Assembly (NCBI GenBank): GCA_963676835.2
Contig: CAXXFF010000002.1
Span: forward strand, 1,440,001 to 1,504,000
Reading direction: 5' to 3'
From: Marispirochaeta sp.
GTDB taxonomy: Bacteria > Spirochaetota > Spirochaetia > JC444 > Marispirochaetaceae
DNA length: 64,000 nt
Shown here: positions 50,901-60,678 of the stretch, one piece after another
Numbering within the stretch: position 1 is the first letter of the stretch
Layout of the letters: every line of letters starts with the position of its first letter
Notes under the pieces: model-generated
Database searches by the model: none
Seen by the model: only the letters and a program-made list of their open reading frames with translations
Told to the model about the DNA's origin: nothing
Translations under genes and position numbers: made by a program

Positions 50901-53427
50901 CAGCGATGGCGACGGTAAAGCCCTGGTAACCATCGAAGCGGATCAGCAGATTGTTGAGAGCCGCTGGATTGATACTTCTGCAAACACTACGGACTACACT
51001 TTCCGTGCAGAACACAGCATGGCTCCCAATATTTATGTCCATGTCCTCTATGTGCAGCCCCATATGCAGACTGTCAATGACAGGCCCATTAGAACCTACG
51101 GTGTGGTTCCGGTGACGGTTGAGGACCCGGTTACGGTAATTTCTCCGAAAATTATTACCGATGACGTATACGAACCCGGCAGCCTGATCTCCATCCGTGT
51201 TTCTGAAGAACACGGCCGTGCCATGGCTTACACCCTTGCGGTTGTGGATGAAGGTCTTCTGGGTATTACCCGTTTTCAGACTCCCGACCCCCGGACGGAA
51301 ATATTCCGCCGAAGGGCATCGGGTATGAAAACCTGGGATATTTATGACTATGTCGCCGGTGCCTACTCGGGAGAACTGAACACCTTGCTGGCAATCGGTG
51401 GTGGTGACGAGGGGGCCGGTGCCGGAAAGAAGAAACAGAACCGCTTTGAACCGGTAGCCCTGTTTATTCCCCCTTCATCCATAGCCGCGGGGGAAACAAA
51501 GGTACATCAGATCAAACTTCCCCAGTATGTCGGGGCAGTAAGGGTAATGCTTGTGGCGGCCGACCGGGGGGCCTATGGTTCTGTGGAAAAAGAGGTGCCC
51601 GTTAAAAAGGATCTTATGGTTGTAGGTACCGCCCCCCGGGTGGTCAGTCCCAATGAAACCTTTGATATTCCTGTCTCTCTCTTTGCCCTGGGAGAGTCCA
51701 TGTCCGGTGCAAGTCTTGCCATAGAGGTTCAGGGGCCGTTTTCCATCAACCAGAGTTCGAGAAAGCTTGTTGCCATTGAAAAGCCCGGGGAGTATGAAGA
51801 GAGCTTTTCCGTAAGGTCCGCCGACAGCCTCGGGTTCGGCTCTATTGTAATAACCGCTAAGGGAGGAGGGCACACTGCTGTCAGCCGTATTCCCCTTGAG
51901 GTACGCAGCCCGGCACCTGAGCTGCATCAGGTGGCGGTTCAGGATATCAGCCTCGATCCCGACAGTTCAGACAGCCGGTTTATAGAGTTTTTCGGAATAC
52001 CCGGATCAAACACCCTTACTGTGGAAGCGGCGGCTATTCCGCCCATGGATCTCTCCCGCAGGCTTGAGTATCTGATCCGCTATCCCCATGGCTGTATTGA
52101 GCAGACAGTGTCATCTGTATTTCCCCAGCTGTTTCTGTCGGACCTGACCAACCTCACCGAGGCTGAAAAAAGCAGTGCCCGCGCCAATATTGAGGCGGGC
52201 ATCTCACGACTGGCCGGCTTCCGTACAGCTTCGGGGGGATTCTCCTACTGGCCGGGACAGAGTGAAGACAGCCTCTGGGGAACCAACTATGCCGGCCATT
52301 TTATGCTAGAGGCTAAGGCCCGGGGATATGCGGTGCCTGCAGATCTTTATGAAGGCTGGGTAAGCTTTCAGGCGGCAAAGGCCAATGAAGCCTATCCCCG
52401 CCGTGATCAGGATAAAATGATTCAGGCCTACAGGCTTTATACCCTTGCCCGGGCGGGAAGTCCCGATTTCGCTGCCATGAACCGGCTGAGGGAAACCGGG
52501 AACCTGCCGGAAGCGGCCCGCTGGCGGCTGGCTGCGGCATACGGTATGGCAGGCCTGAAAGAGGATGGACGCAGACTGGCGGCCGGTGCGGGGACGGATG
52601 TCTCTTCCTATATTGAGTATTCAGGCACATTCGGTAACCGGGACCGGGACCGGGCCTTTATTCTGGAAGCCCTGGTGGAACTCGGCCAGCGCACCCAGGC
52701 GGCCCGGCTTGCCCGGGAAATCTCAGGTGTAATGACCTCGGACAGATCTCTCAGCACCCAGACCTGTGCCTACGGTCTGCTTGCCATGGCCAAGTTCGGC
52801 ATGGACGATGCAAAGAACGAACCCCTGACGCTGGAGATAGTCTGGGACGGCGGGCGCCGTCAGTCCTTCTCCACGGACAAGCCGGTTCTCACCATTCCCA
52901 TAGCTCCTGGAAACAGTCTCAATGGAAACCTTGAAATACGCAACAATTCGGGACGAAGAATCTATCCCCGCATACTTACCGGAGGGGTACCCCGGCAGGG
53001 CAGTGAGCAGGGGGTAAACCAGGGGCTGGTAACCAGTGTCCGCTACAAGGATAAAGATGGAAGGGATCTTCCGGGGGACCGCTTCTATCATGGAGATGAA
53101 ATAAGAATAGAGATCGAGGTTTACAATAATACCCGTACCAACTACGAAGAGCTGGTTTTAAGCCATATGCTTCCCGCGGGGTTTGAGATCTTTAATGAAC
53201 GTCTCTCCGGGGATACCTCTTCCCGGGCTGAGTATGACTACCGGGATATCCGGGATGACCGGGTATATACCTATTTTGATCTTGAGGGGCGGAAAAGAAA
53301 AACCTTCACCCTGTATGTAAATGCCGGATATGCCGGAAAGTTCTACCTGCCGCCGATACTGACCCAGGCTATGTATAATCCGGATGTTCAGTCGGTTGTT
53401 CCGGGGCAGTGGATCAGCATTGAATAA
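47917..53427 (+). CDS. Bacterial alpha-2-macroglobulin lipoprotein
   Basis: 1836 aa, lipobox, DRGVWRPG, AVVDEG, thioester YPHGCIEQ, RDIRDDR. Paired with pbpC. Confidence 0.95.
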   Translation: MKKHYLPISVLLFAALLFSTCTSSAVNTLPDPRQIQAVTSGELGLSSPVRIVFTKALGEQGTVPAVNPLHIRPRVAGSVVWEDDWTLKFTPEELYRPDTEYRISFSAESGPFSEIKSFEYGCHTVSDSLLLEKETLRIPDPSVAESMVLSCAVTAAEGLTADAVAEKIEAKLDGRVLPVFVAPSPDSDGYSLSVDGIVKSGKSADLVLSWSEKQGGKVRKLQKVVTVPGSSDFSVLSIRPVPEPNEHIEIVFSQPLNETQPLEGLVSAMGLENLTLNRKSNIVRLYSNRKLPKSAEVLVSELVMSSGGVALGSDNRSTVRIPSQKPLVRFVGNGVIIPTSQGTTVPIETLNLSAFMVEAVKIYGDNMRQFLQINDLDGDKEMYRVGDVIWRKVIQLDWDDENTDRWVRYGLDVSPLIKGDPDGMYQLRVTFRRPHIKYPGAEGATAEPVTWDNLSAGESGESSFWDNWQPNYSWDYRRNRNDPNHPAYYQKWNDHDISAARNVLVSNLGLIVQQGADADAMEISATDLRTAEPVRSAEVSILNYQGRVLDSARTSGSGTATLKSPAEAFLVTASRGSDRAYVKVNDQSALETSQFDVKGVKPHKGVYGFIYGDRGVWRPGDTAHMSFMLHDPQRVIPHNHPVVMELSDPRGSVRESRTVTDNEGGLYYFPIDFAADAQTGNWTMRLRLGGQVFEKTVKVESVMPNRLKIMLDLASAGGAGEALSNGILSGTLSSVWLHGAIASDLKASVDMSFSPAQTSFPGYSEYVFDDPVGQFFSDRESIFSGNLDEDGKAQIRKSVRINDAPGRLTATASTRVYETGGSYSSEYVSFPFDPYDQYAGIKVPKGDAARGMLLTDEDQRIDIALLNKDGSRVSSGRVKVELIKLNWRWWWETDEENLSNFMRRRSYTVRLEDEIDISNGRGSWTFQLHYPEWGRYLIRATDRSSGHVTGKIVYIDWPGWAGKGQKEGMGSASMLVLSADKTACTVGEEVTVSFPSDGDGKALVTIEADQQIVESRWIDTSANTTDYTFRAEHSMAPNIYVHVLYVQPHMQTVNDRPIRTYGVVPVTVEDPVTVISPKIITDDVYEPGSLISIRVSEEHGRAMAYTLAVVDEGLLGITRFQTPDPRTEIFRRRASGMKTWDIYDYVAGAYSGELNTLLAIGGGDEGAGAGKKKQNRFEPVALFIPPSSIAAGETKVHQIKLPQYVGAVRVMLVAADRGAYGSVEKEVPVKKDLMVVGTAPRVVSPNETFDIPVSLFALGESMSGASLAIEVQGPFSINQSSRKLVAIEKPGEYEESFSVRSADSLGFGSIVITAKGGGHTAVSRIPLEVRSPAPELHQVAVQDISLDPDSSDSRFIEFFGIPGSNTLTVEAAAIPPMDLSRRLEYLIRYPHGCIEQTVSSVFPQLFLSDLTNLTEAEKSSARANIEAGISRLAGFRTASGGFSYWPGQSEDSLWGTNYAGHFMLEAKARGYAVPADLYEGWVSFQAAKANEAYPRRDQDKMIQAYRLYTLARAGSPDFAAMNRLRETGNLPEAARWRLAAAYGMAGLKEDGRRLAAGAGTDVSSYIEYSGTFGNRDRDRAFILEALVELGQRTQAARLAREISGVMTSDRSLSTQTCAYGLLAMAKFGMDDAKNEPLTLEIVWDGGRRQSFSTDKPVLTIPIAPGNSLNGNLEIRNNSGRRIYPRILTGGVPRQGSEQGVNQGLVTSVRYKDKDGRDLPGDRFYHGDEIRIEIEVYNNTRTNYEELVLSHMLPAGFEIFNERLSGDTSSRAEYDYRDIRDDRVYTYFDLEGRKRKTFTLYVNAGYAGKFYLPPILTQAMYNPDVQSVVPGQWISIE

Positions 53428-55768
53428 CAGCTTTCTCAAAAAGCTGATGGCTGCACCCCTGCTGGTTCAGCTACTGATTCTGCTGATCTGGTGGGCTGCC
53501 TTTCCGGCAGAGCTTTTTCCTCCCCGGTATTCAAGGGTTCTCCTTGACCGGGAAGGGGAGCTTCTCTCCGCCCGGATTGCAAGCGACGGGCAGTGGCGCT
53601 TTCCCTCCTTGTTAGAATCAGGATCAGTCCTTCCTGAGAAATACCGGCAGGCTCTGATCCGTTTTGAAGACCGCCGCTACTATTCCCACTCCGGTATCGA
53701 TGTTCCGGCACTTTTCCGTGCCTTCCGGGATAATCTGGCAGCCGGGGAGGTTGTCAGCGGCGGTTCCACCATTACCATGCAGGTAATGCGTATGAGCCTG
53801 GGGAATCCAGGGCGGACATTGCTGCAGAAAGGTTATGAAGCACTCCTTGCCCTGCAGGCAAACCTGCGTTTCAGCAAGGATGATCTTCTCGCAGTCTATG
53901 CCTCCAACGCACCCTTCGGCGGGAATGTGGTGGGAATTGAAGCGGCTTCCTGGCGCTATTTTCACCGGGATCCCTACAATATCTCCTGGGCCGAGGCGGC
54001 CCTGCTTGCGGTGCTTCCCAACAGTCCCTCCGCCATCAATCTGGAAACCGGCAGAGCCCTGTTAAAAGAGAAGCGGGACCGGCTTCTTGAAGGACTTGCC
54101 GAAACGGGCATTATCAGTCAGGAGGATCTCCGCTTTGCAGAAAGCGAGCCGGTTCCTTCCGCCCCCTATCCTCTGGATGATCTTGCGCCTCATGTGATGG
54201 ATTACTTTTCCGCAGAAGATGGGGGCTTCCGCAAATACGGGGGCAAAATTGTTACCACCATAGATCGAAACCTGCAGATAAACGCCGCGGATATCCTGAA
54301 CCGAAACGGACGGCTGTTGAACAACTACGATGTAGAGAATGCGGCGGCCCTGATGGCTGATACGGCAAGCGGAGAAATCCGTGCCTATATCGGAAATCTG
54401 ACCTATCCGGGAGTGCAGGACCGGCATGTCGATATTGTTTCCTCTCCCCGCAGTACGGGCAGTCTCTTAAAGCCCTTTCTCTATGCGGCCATGATGGATG
54501 ACGGGATGCTCCTTCCCCGGCAGCTTGTGCCGGATGTTCCCGTAAAGATCGGCACCTATGTGCCGGAAAACCATACCCACGAGTTCCGGGGTGCGGTGCC
54601 TGCGGATCAGGCCCTGATTCACTCCCTTAATGTTCCCATGGCTCTGCTGCTGCGGGATTACGGGGTGGACCGTTTCTACGGTGTTCTGAAGGAGCTGGGA
54701 ATGAGTACCCTCTACAGGACTGCCGATGGTTACGGTATTACCCTGATCCTCGGAGGAGCGGAAGGGATCCTCTATGATCTGGTTGGTATGTATGCCGGGC
54801 TTACCTCCGCGTTGATTCCCTCCGGAGGAGCGCTGCGGCCGCCATATAAAACCCTGCGTCTGCGGGAGGGGACTCCCGACTATGTAAAAGACAGTGCTGC
54901 AGTAAGCTCAGCCGCCTGGTGGCTGACCCTGCAGGCCATGCAGCAGCTGGACCGCCCCGGCGAAGAGGGAGCCTGGGAATCCTACTCCTCCGCCCGCCGG
55001 ATAGCCTGGAAAACCGGAACCAGCTACGGCAACCGGGATGCCTGGTCCATAGGGCTTACCGCAGATATGACTATAGGTGTATGGGCAGGAAATGCCAGGG
55101 GAAATGGTAATCCCGCATTGAAAGGCTCCGAGGCGGCGGCCCCGATTCTCTTTGATCTTTTCAATCTGGTTGAACAGGAGAAAGAACTGCATAAACCGGC
55201 AGGCTTTATTGAGGTCGAAACCTGTGCCGAGAGCGGTTATCTTGCAGGTCCTTACTGCACTGACCGGGAATATACCGCAGTGCCGTCAAAACCCAACCGG
55301 GTATGCCCCTACTGCCGTATTGTTCATACCGACGCCGACGGGTTGTATCAGGTGGACAGCTCGGTCCTTTCCCCGGACCGTATTGTCAGCACGCCCCGCT
55401 TTGTGCTGCCCCCCCAGATGGAGTGGTACTATCTGAAACGGAGTGCAGATTACTCCCGGCTGCCTCCGCTGCATCCGGAGCTTGCACAAAATGGAGCCGA
55501 CGGCAGGCTGGTTCTGGTGAACCCGGCCCGGGGAGATACGGTCTACCTGCCCCTGGATTTTGGTTCAGGACGGGAGAAGCTTGTGTGTGAGGCCTTTCAT
55601 TCCAATCCGCAGGAAATGCTGTTCTGGCATCTCGACGATGAATTTCTGGGCAGTACAAGTGGTTTTCATACCATAGAAATAAGCCCGGGCCCGGGGGTAC
55701 ACTCTGTGACGGTTATGGATGGGGAGGGGTACTATCAATCCCATACCATAACAATTGTACAGGAATAA
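53420..55768 (+). CDS. pbpC: Penicillin-binding protein 1C
   Basis: FEDRRY, SGGSTITMQ, GSLLKP (SxxK), SLN, KTGTS, C-terminal BiPBP domain. Confidence 0.95.
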   Translation: MNNSFLKKLMAAPLLVQLLILLIWWAAFPAELFPPRYSRVLLDREGELLSARIASDGQWRFPSLLESGSVLPEKYRQALIRFEDRRYYSHSGIDVPALFRAFRDNLAAGEVVSGGSTITMQVMRMSLGNPGRTLLQKGYEALLALQANLRFSKDDLLAVYASNAPFGGNVVGIEAASWRYFHRDPYNISWAEAALLAVLPNSPSAINLETGRALLKEKRDRLLEGLAETGIISQEDLRFAESEPVPSAPYPLDDLAPHVMDYFSAEDGGFRKYGGKIVTTIDRNLQINAADILNRNGRLLNNYDVENAAALMADTASGEIRAYIGNLTYPGVQDRHVDIVSSPRSTGSLLKPFLYAAMMDDGMLLPRQLVPDVPVKIGTYVPENHTHEFRGAVPADQALIHSLNVPMALLLRDYGVDRFYGVLKELGMSTLYRTADGYGITLILGGAEGILYDLVGMYAGLTSALIPSGGALRPPYKTLRLREGTPDYVKDSAAVSSAAWWLTLQAMQQLDRPGEEGAWESYSSARRIAWKTGTSYGNRDAWSIGLTADMTIGVWAGNARGNGNPALKGSEAAAPILFDLFNLVEQEKELHKPAGFIEVETCAESGYLAGPYCTDREYTAVPSKPNRVCPYCRIVHTDADGLYQVDSSVLSPDRIVSTPRFVLPPQMEWYYLKRSADYSRLPPLHPELAQNGADGRLVLVNPARGDTVYLPLDFGSGREKLVCEAFHSNPQEMLFWHLDDEFLGSTSGFHTIEISPGPGVHSVTVMDGEGYYQSHTITIVQE

Positions 55769-55783
55769 ACAGGTCCCTCTGAT

Positions 55784-56920
55784 TCAGTCTGACGGTAGAG
55801 AGTGAAACATTTCCAGCTTGCAATATGGAAAAGACATACAAATTTCCAGAGTTTCTTTCTCTTTTATCCGGTATTCGCCTTCAAGCTGATCTTCTATCAG
55901 GCTTTTAATTATAAGCAGGGCGGTTCCTTCCGGCAGGTTCATTGTTCCTTTTTTGAATGAATCTCTGAATGCACCCTCAAAACTGATTCTCAGTGCAATG
56001 CCGGTCTCCGATTGTTCATGCTCCAGGGAAATGTGGTATTTCTCTCTCTTTTTTCCCATGGTTATTTGGGAAATGAGATTACGAAAAACCTCAGTCAGGG
56101 CTATTCCTAAGGTAAAAGACTGATTGATCTCCAGAATCAGGGCCTGGTCGGGAAGATCCAGACTACAATCATTTCTATCGATATTCCGGTCTCTGCGTTC
56201 AGCCAGGAACATTCTGGAAATAAAAACGGTCATATCAATGCTGTTCATGGTTTTTGAATGCAGCAGCAGCCCTTGAATCTGAGCCATTGTCCGAATACGG
56301 GAATTGAATCTTTCTATAAATCCTGTAACTTCCTGGTTCGTATTTTTTGGTTTGTCTATTGCTGCCAGGCTCTGAATAAACTGCAGATTGTTATTGACCC
56401 GATGATAAACTTCCTGAAGAAGAAACGTCCTCTGCTGCAGTGTTTTTTCGAGGACCAGATTCTGAGTGTTCAGTTCTCTGGTCCGTTCCCGCACAATTGA
56501 TGAAAGGTCGATATTCGTTTGTTCCAGCTGCCGTCGATTTTTCAGCAGCTTGATCTGGGATTCCAGACGGGCGAGCAGTTCTCTTTGATCAAAAGGCTTA
56601 CTGATATAATCCGCCCCTCCGGCCTCCAGGGCATCATCTATTACCGTCTGATCTGCAGATGCGGAAAGAAACAGAATTGGAATTGTCGCATAAACTGGAT
56701 CCGCCTTAAGCTGCCGGCAGAATTCTATGCCGTCTATTCCCGGAAGGGAAATATCCAGCAGTATCAGGTCTATTGAATACTCATGCAGAATGGTGAGGGC
56801 ATCGGCTGCGTTGAAGGCGGCGGCTATCCAGTGGTCTTCCTTATGCAGGACAGTGTTCAGCATAAACAGGTCGTCCCTGCTGTCATCGACAATAAGTATT
56901 TTCCAGCGGTGTCTGCTCAT
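55784..56920 (-). CDS. REC + HisKA_2 protein with degenerate ATPase domain
   Basis: REC (LLDISLP), EVYHRVNNNLQ. G boxes are not conserved. Confidence 0.85.
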   Translation of the reverse strand: MSRHRWKILIVDDSRDDLFMLNTVLHKEDHWIAAAFNAADALTILHEYSIDLILLDISLPGIDGIEFCRQLKADPVYATIPILFLSASADQTVIDDALEAGGADYISKPFDQRELLARLESQIKLLKNRRQLEQTNIDLSSIVRERTRELNTQNLVLEKTLQQRTFLLQEVYHRVNNNLQFIQSLAAIDKPKNTNQEVTGFIERFNSRIRTMAQIQGLLLHSKTMNSIDMTVFISRMFLAERRDRNIDRNDCSLDLPDQALILEINQSFTLGIALTEVFRNLISQITMGKKREKYHISLEHEQSETGIALRISFEGAFRDSFKKGTMNLPEGTALLIIKSLIEDQLEGEYRIKEKETLEICMSFPYCKLEMFHSLPSD

Positions 56921-59484
56921 TGGCCGGATGCTTCCTTGTTAAGGGTATTTAACAGTTTTCTGAACTCATGCTGTAATACCTGAATACGTAACGGGTCGAA
57001 GGATGCGACAGCAAGGGTGAGAGCATGTGTCCAGGGGAGCAGCTGGGGAGCATGGTGTTCTTCAGCAAGCAGTTCTATTTCTCCTGCTATTTCGAGATAT
57101 TCATCTACCAGCAGATTGCTGCCGATTTTATTCAGTCTGGGCAGGTAGCGTTCTTGCAGTATGGTAGAAAGCTCCAGGGATGAAAATTCTGCCGGAGCCT
57201 GATACGGTATCTCATCATTTTCCGATCTGGTTATCGTTTCGAAGGAGAGTATTTTTTTCAGCTCGTCTATAAGCAGGGCAGGGGAAACAGGTTTAAGAAT
57301 AAATGCATTACATACAGGTTCCAGACGTTCCCGTTCTTCTCTGTCAGTTGAGGCTGTAAGCAGGATAACCGGCACCGAGGTTGTCTCTTTCCGGTTCCTG
57401 AGCCAGGTGAGCAATTCCACTCCATCCATGACCGGCATTTTTATATCTGCAATTATGAGATCGGGTGTAAAAATTCTTAGAATCTCCAGTGCTTCCTGTC
57501 CGTTGGAAGCAGTTCTGAATTGAATGGGGCTTTCATGCAGATAGCTCTCTATAAGCAGGTTATTCGCCGGAACATCGTCTACCAGCAGGATGGATGCCGG
57601 TTTAAAACGAATGGATCTGTAGTTTATATCAGGTTCTGCCGTGTCTGCTGCAGTTCGGGCAGGTTGGACTTTGTGCAGTACAAGGGTAAATGTACTGCCG
57701 GAGTTGGGTGTGCTCTTAAGGTGTATTTCTCCATTCATAAGGCCGGCGAGCTGCCTGCATATGGAGAGGCCCAGCCCTGTGCCTCCGTACGATCTGTTTT
57801 GCAGGCTGGTACTCTGCTCGAAGGGCCTGAAAATACGCTCCTGCTCGTCGGGAGTAATGCCTATGCCGGTGTCCTGGACATTGACTGTGAGGATCCCCTC
57901 CGCATAATCCACTGAAAGTGCAACTCCGCCCTTCCGGGTGAATTTAATGGCATTAGCAATCAGATTAATGATGATCTGCCGTAGTCTCTCCTGATCAAGG
58001 ATAAGCAGTTCCGGTATCTTTTCTCCGATATTTACGGCAAACCAGAGATCTTTCTTCGCCGCTGCCGGAGTATAGATATACCGCAGCTCCTCTATGAGTG
58101 CCGTAACATCTGTCGCTTCGGGATGCAGCTCCAGCTTGCCTGCTTCAATCCTTGACAGGTTCAGCAGGCTGTTTATCAGGGACAGCAGGGAGTTTCCGCT
58201 TGAATGTATAGCCTTGAGGTATTTCTGCTTGAGGGGGTCGTGTTCATCCTGCCTGAGTATTTCGGTAAAACCCAGCACCGCATTCATGGGTGTACGGATC
58301 TCGTGGCTCATGTTTGCCAGGAAAACTGACTTGGTTCTGTTGGCGGCTTCTGCAGCTTCTTTGGCTTTCTCCATCTCCTCTGTATACAACTGCTGAAGGT
58401 AGGCGGTCCGATTCCGTACCCAGACCAGATAAGAGCTGATTAATAGAAAAAGCACAAACCCTGCCAGTACCGGTAAGGTCAGCAGCCTGTTGGCGCTGCT
58501 GAGAACTGAAGAATCCAGGAAGAGGATGCATTTCCAGTTTTCTGCAAATTTGACACTGTATGATGTGGTCTGAAGATTCAGGGATTCCTGATTAATGGTG
58601 GCGAAGGTGAAGAGTCCCCTGTCGGTTTCTATCTCGCCGTAATCATTATTCAGAATTCTTTCTGCCGCCTCCGGATAACGGGTTGTCAGGGTTGTTGTCT
58701 GTTTGTCATCAAACATAAATCCCCATTCATCTGCAGGTTCCGGACCCCTCAGCCAGTAGCCCTGGTCGTTAATCATCCAGAACTGAAGATCTCCCAGGGC
58801 GGCTGAATTATCAATTCTGTCCATCAGATTCTGTCCGAGGTAGTTGAGAATCAAAATCCCCCTGGACTGTCCGTTTTTGTCAAACAGCCGGGTTGCGGTT
58901 CGTATCATGGGTTTTCTCGGGGTTTCAATGCAGCCATTCTCAATATTCAGATCGAAGGGGGAGATGTATACCTCATCCTGTACTGTTTTCATAGTATCGG
59001 TGAAGTAATAGCGTTCGCTTTTATCCTGTAGTTCTGATAACGGTACCACAACCGGACTTCCTCTGTTGAGGTTTATACGTATTTGCTCCATACCCTGATT
59101 GTCAATGATGCGGAACTGATCATATACCTTTTGATCGTGGATAAAGCTGGTCATATCTGCGGTGATATCCAGATATGCACGCTCATAATCTTCCGGTACA
59201 GGAGTGTAAAAATAGTGGATGTGATCGATTTTACTGAGAAAGTGAGTATCGGCGGTTATCTTTCTCAGCTCAGCTTCGATACTGTCGGATACCAGCTGTA
59301 TGCTTTGCTGTTGTGTCTGTATTAATGCGGTTTTTTGCATTTTTTCCGGGACAAGTATTAACAGGAGGGAAAAGATTATCCCCAGGAGAACCACGGATAT
59401 CATCGATCTTGCGGTTTGCAGGATAAGCCCTGTTTTTTCTGACTTATCAAGGACTTTCTTTTTCGGAGACTCTCTGCTGGTCAC
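56917..59484 (-). CDS. Hybrid sensor kinase with Cache domain and REC
   Basis: YDQFRIID...LQDKSERYYF...SPFDLN Cache, [19 protein letters not shown]. Confidence 0.92.
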   Translation of the reverse strand: MTSRESPKKKVLDKSEKTGLILQTARSMISVVLLGIIFSLLLILVPEKMQKTALIQTQQQSIQLVSDSIEAELRKITADTHFLSKIDHIHYFYTPVPEDYERAYLDITADMTSFIHDQKVYDQFRIIDNQGMEQIRINLNRGSPVVVPLSELQDKSERYYFTDTMKTVQDEVYISPFDLNIENGCIETPRKPMIRTATRLFDKNGQSRGILILNYLGQNLMDRIDNSAALGDLQFWMINDQGYWLRGPEPADEWGFMFDDKQTTTLTTRYPEAAERILNNDYGEIETDRGLFTFATINQESLNLQTTSYSVKFAENWKCILFLDSSVLSSANRLLTLPVLAGFVLFLLISSYLVWVRNRTAYLQQLYTEEMEKAKEAAEAANRTKSVFLANMSHEIRTPMNAVLGFTEILRQDEHDPLKQKYLKAIHSSGNSLLSLINSLLNLSRIEAGKLELHPEATDVTALIEELRYIYTPAAAKKDLWFAVNIGEKIPELLILDQERLRQIIINLIANAIKFTRKGGVALSVDYAEGILTVNVQDTGIGITPDEQERIFRPFEQSTSLQNRSYGGTGLGLSICRQLAGLMNGEIHLKSTPNSGSTFTLVLHKVQPARTAADTAEPDINYRSIRFKPASILLVDDVPANNLLIESYLHESPIQFRTASNGQEALEILRIFTPDLIIADIKMPVMDGVELLTWLRNRKETTSVPVILLTASTDREERERLEPVCNAFILKPVSPALLIDELKKILSFETITRSENDEIPYQAPAEFSSLELSTILQERYLPRLNKIGSNLLVDEYLEIAGEIELLAEEHHAPQLLPWTHALTLAVASFDPLRIQVLQHEFRKLLNTLNKEASGQ

Positions 59485-59621
59485 ACTATGCTTCCTCTCT
59501 GATGCAGGTCTCCCTTGAGTCTAATGAACGGAAGGAGACATCGCAAATAATATTCAATCCTGTTATTGCTGGACATTTTCCGTAAAACTGATAAGATTGC
59601 CAAAAACCTGGAGATTGAAGC

Positions 59622-60614
59622 ATGAATATTAAAACTGTGTTTTATGCAATTGTTGTATGTGTAAGTGTTCTGATTATGGGATGTACTCCCAAAGCGGATG
59701 TTGCTGTTTCGGACCAGCCGGAAGCTGTACCTTCCTTCAATGCCGTTTACGACCTGATTACCCAGATTCCCGCGGATGAGTCAAAGTCGAAATTCAAAAC
59801 CGGAGATCTCAGACTGGTTTATGGAGAGAAAATCAGCTCTCTGAATGAAAGCGCCGAGGCGGAGACCTCCGGCGGCCAGGCTGTTACCTACGTGAAGATT
59901 CAGAATCAGGATGGTAAAGAGGCCTGGATTCCGCAGAAATGGTTTGTTCCGAACGGAAAGCTCGGCGTGGTAACCAGTTATGAGGCCGTTGTGTATAACT
60001 CCGCCAAAGTAATCGACCCTTCTTCGGATATAATCAGCCGGGGAACCCTGGTTGTCACTGTTCCCGATGAAACAGACAGCTTTGTCGAGTTTATTGCCTG
60101 GGATGAGGTTAAGGATAAATCCTACACCGGTAAGTTTCTGAAGGCAGAGGATATTTCTTTTAAAGAGATTGATGTTGATGCCGCCCGCTATCTGTTTCTT
60201 GCCTCTACCTTCGAGGGTCCCAATGCTGAGGTCCAGAAAAAGGAGCTGCTGAAAGCCGCTTACGATACAAAGAGTGCTGCCTTTATGAAAGAGATCACCA
60301 ATGAAATGAACTCCATGAAAGGCGATGCTCCTGCAGTCAGCAGTACTGCAAAAGAGGATACAGCAATTAAGCTGCCCACCAGGGAGGTTGAGGATTTTAC
60401 CTTCAGCGGGGTTCTCAATGACAGCAATGTGAATGTCCGGGATTATCCTTATGAGCAGGGCACTACTGTAGTCGCCCAGCTGAACTCCGGCGATGGAGTA
60501 GAAATCTCAAAAAGGACAGTCAACGCCTATACCGTGGGCGGTGTTACTGCAAACTGGTACTATATTTCCCAGCTTGACGGATGGATTTTCGGCGCATTTG
60601 TAGATCCAATGTAA
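59622..60614 (+). CDS. SH3b-domain lipoprotein
   Basis: Lipobox IMGC, VNVRDYP...WYYI...GWIFGAFV. Confidence 0.75.
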   Translation: MNIKTVFYAIVVCVSVLIMGCTPKADVAVSDQPEAVPSFNAVYDLITQIPADESKSKFKTGDLRLVYGEKISSLNESAEAETSGGQAVTYVKIQNQDGKEAWIPQKWFVPNGKLGVVTSYEAVVYNSAKVIDPSSDIISRGTLVVTVPDETDSFVEFIAWDEVKDKSYTGKFLKAEDISFKEIDVDAARYLFLASTFEGPNAEVQKKELLKAAYDTKSAAFMKEITNEMNSMKGDAPAVSSTAKEDTAIKLPTREVEDFTFSGVLNDSNVNVRDYPYEQGTTVVAQLNSGDGVEISKRTVNAYTVGGVTANWYYISQLDGWIFGAFVDPM

Positions 60615-60641
60615 GCCATTGGTTGAATGTTCATTACACAG

Positions 60642-60670
60642 GGCTGTCCGGCTGCGGGCGGCCTTTTTTT
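60642..60670 (+). terminator. Intrinsic terminator
   Basis: GGCTGTCCG...CGGGCGGCC followed by T8. Confidence 0.7.
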
Positions 60671-60678
60671 CTGCTTCT

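Noticed and set aside
50476..51213. 245-aa antisense ORF
   Set aside because: Shadow of alpha-2-macroglobulin.
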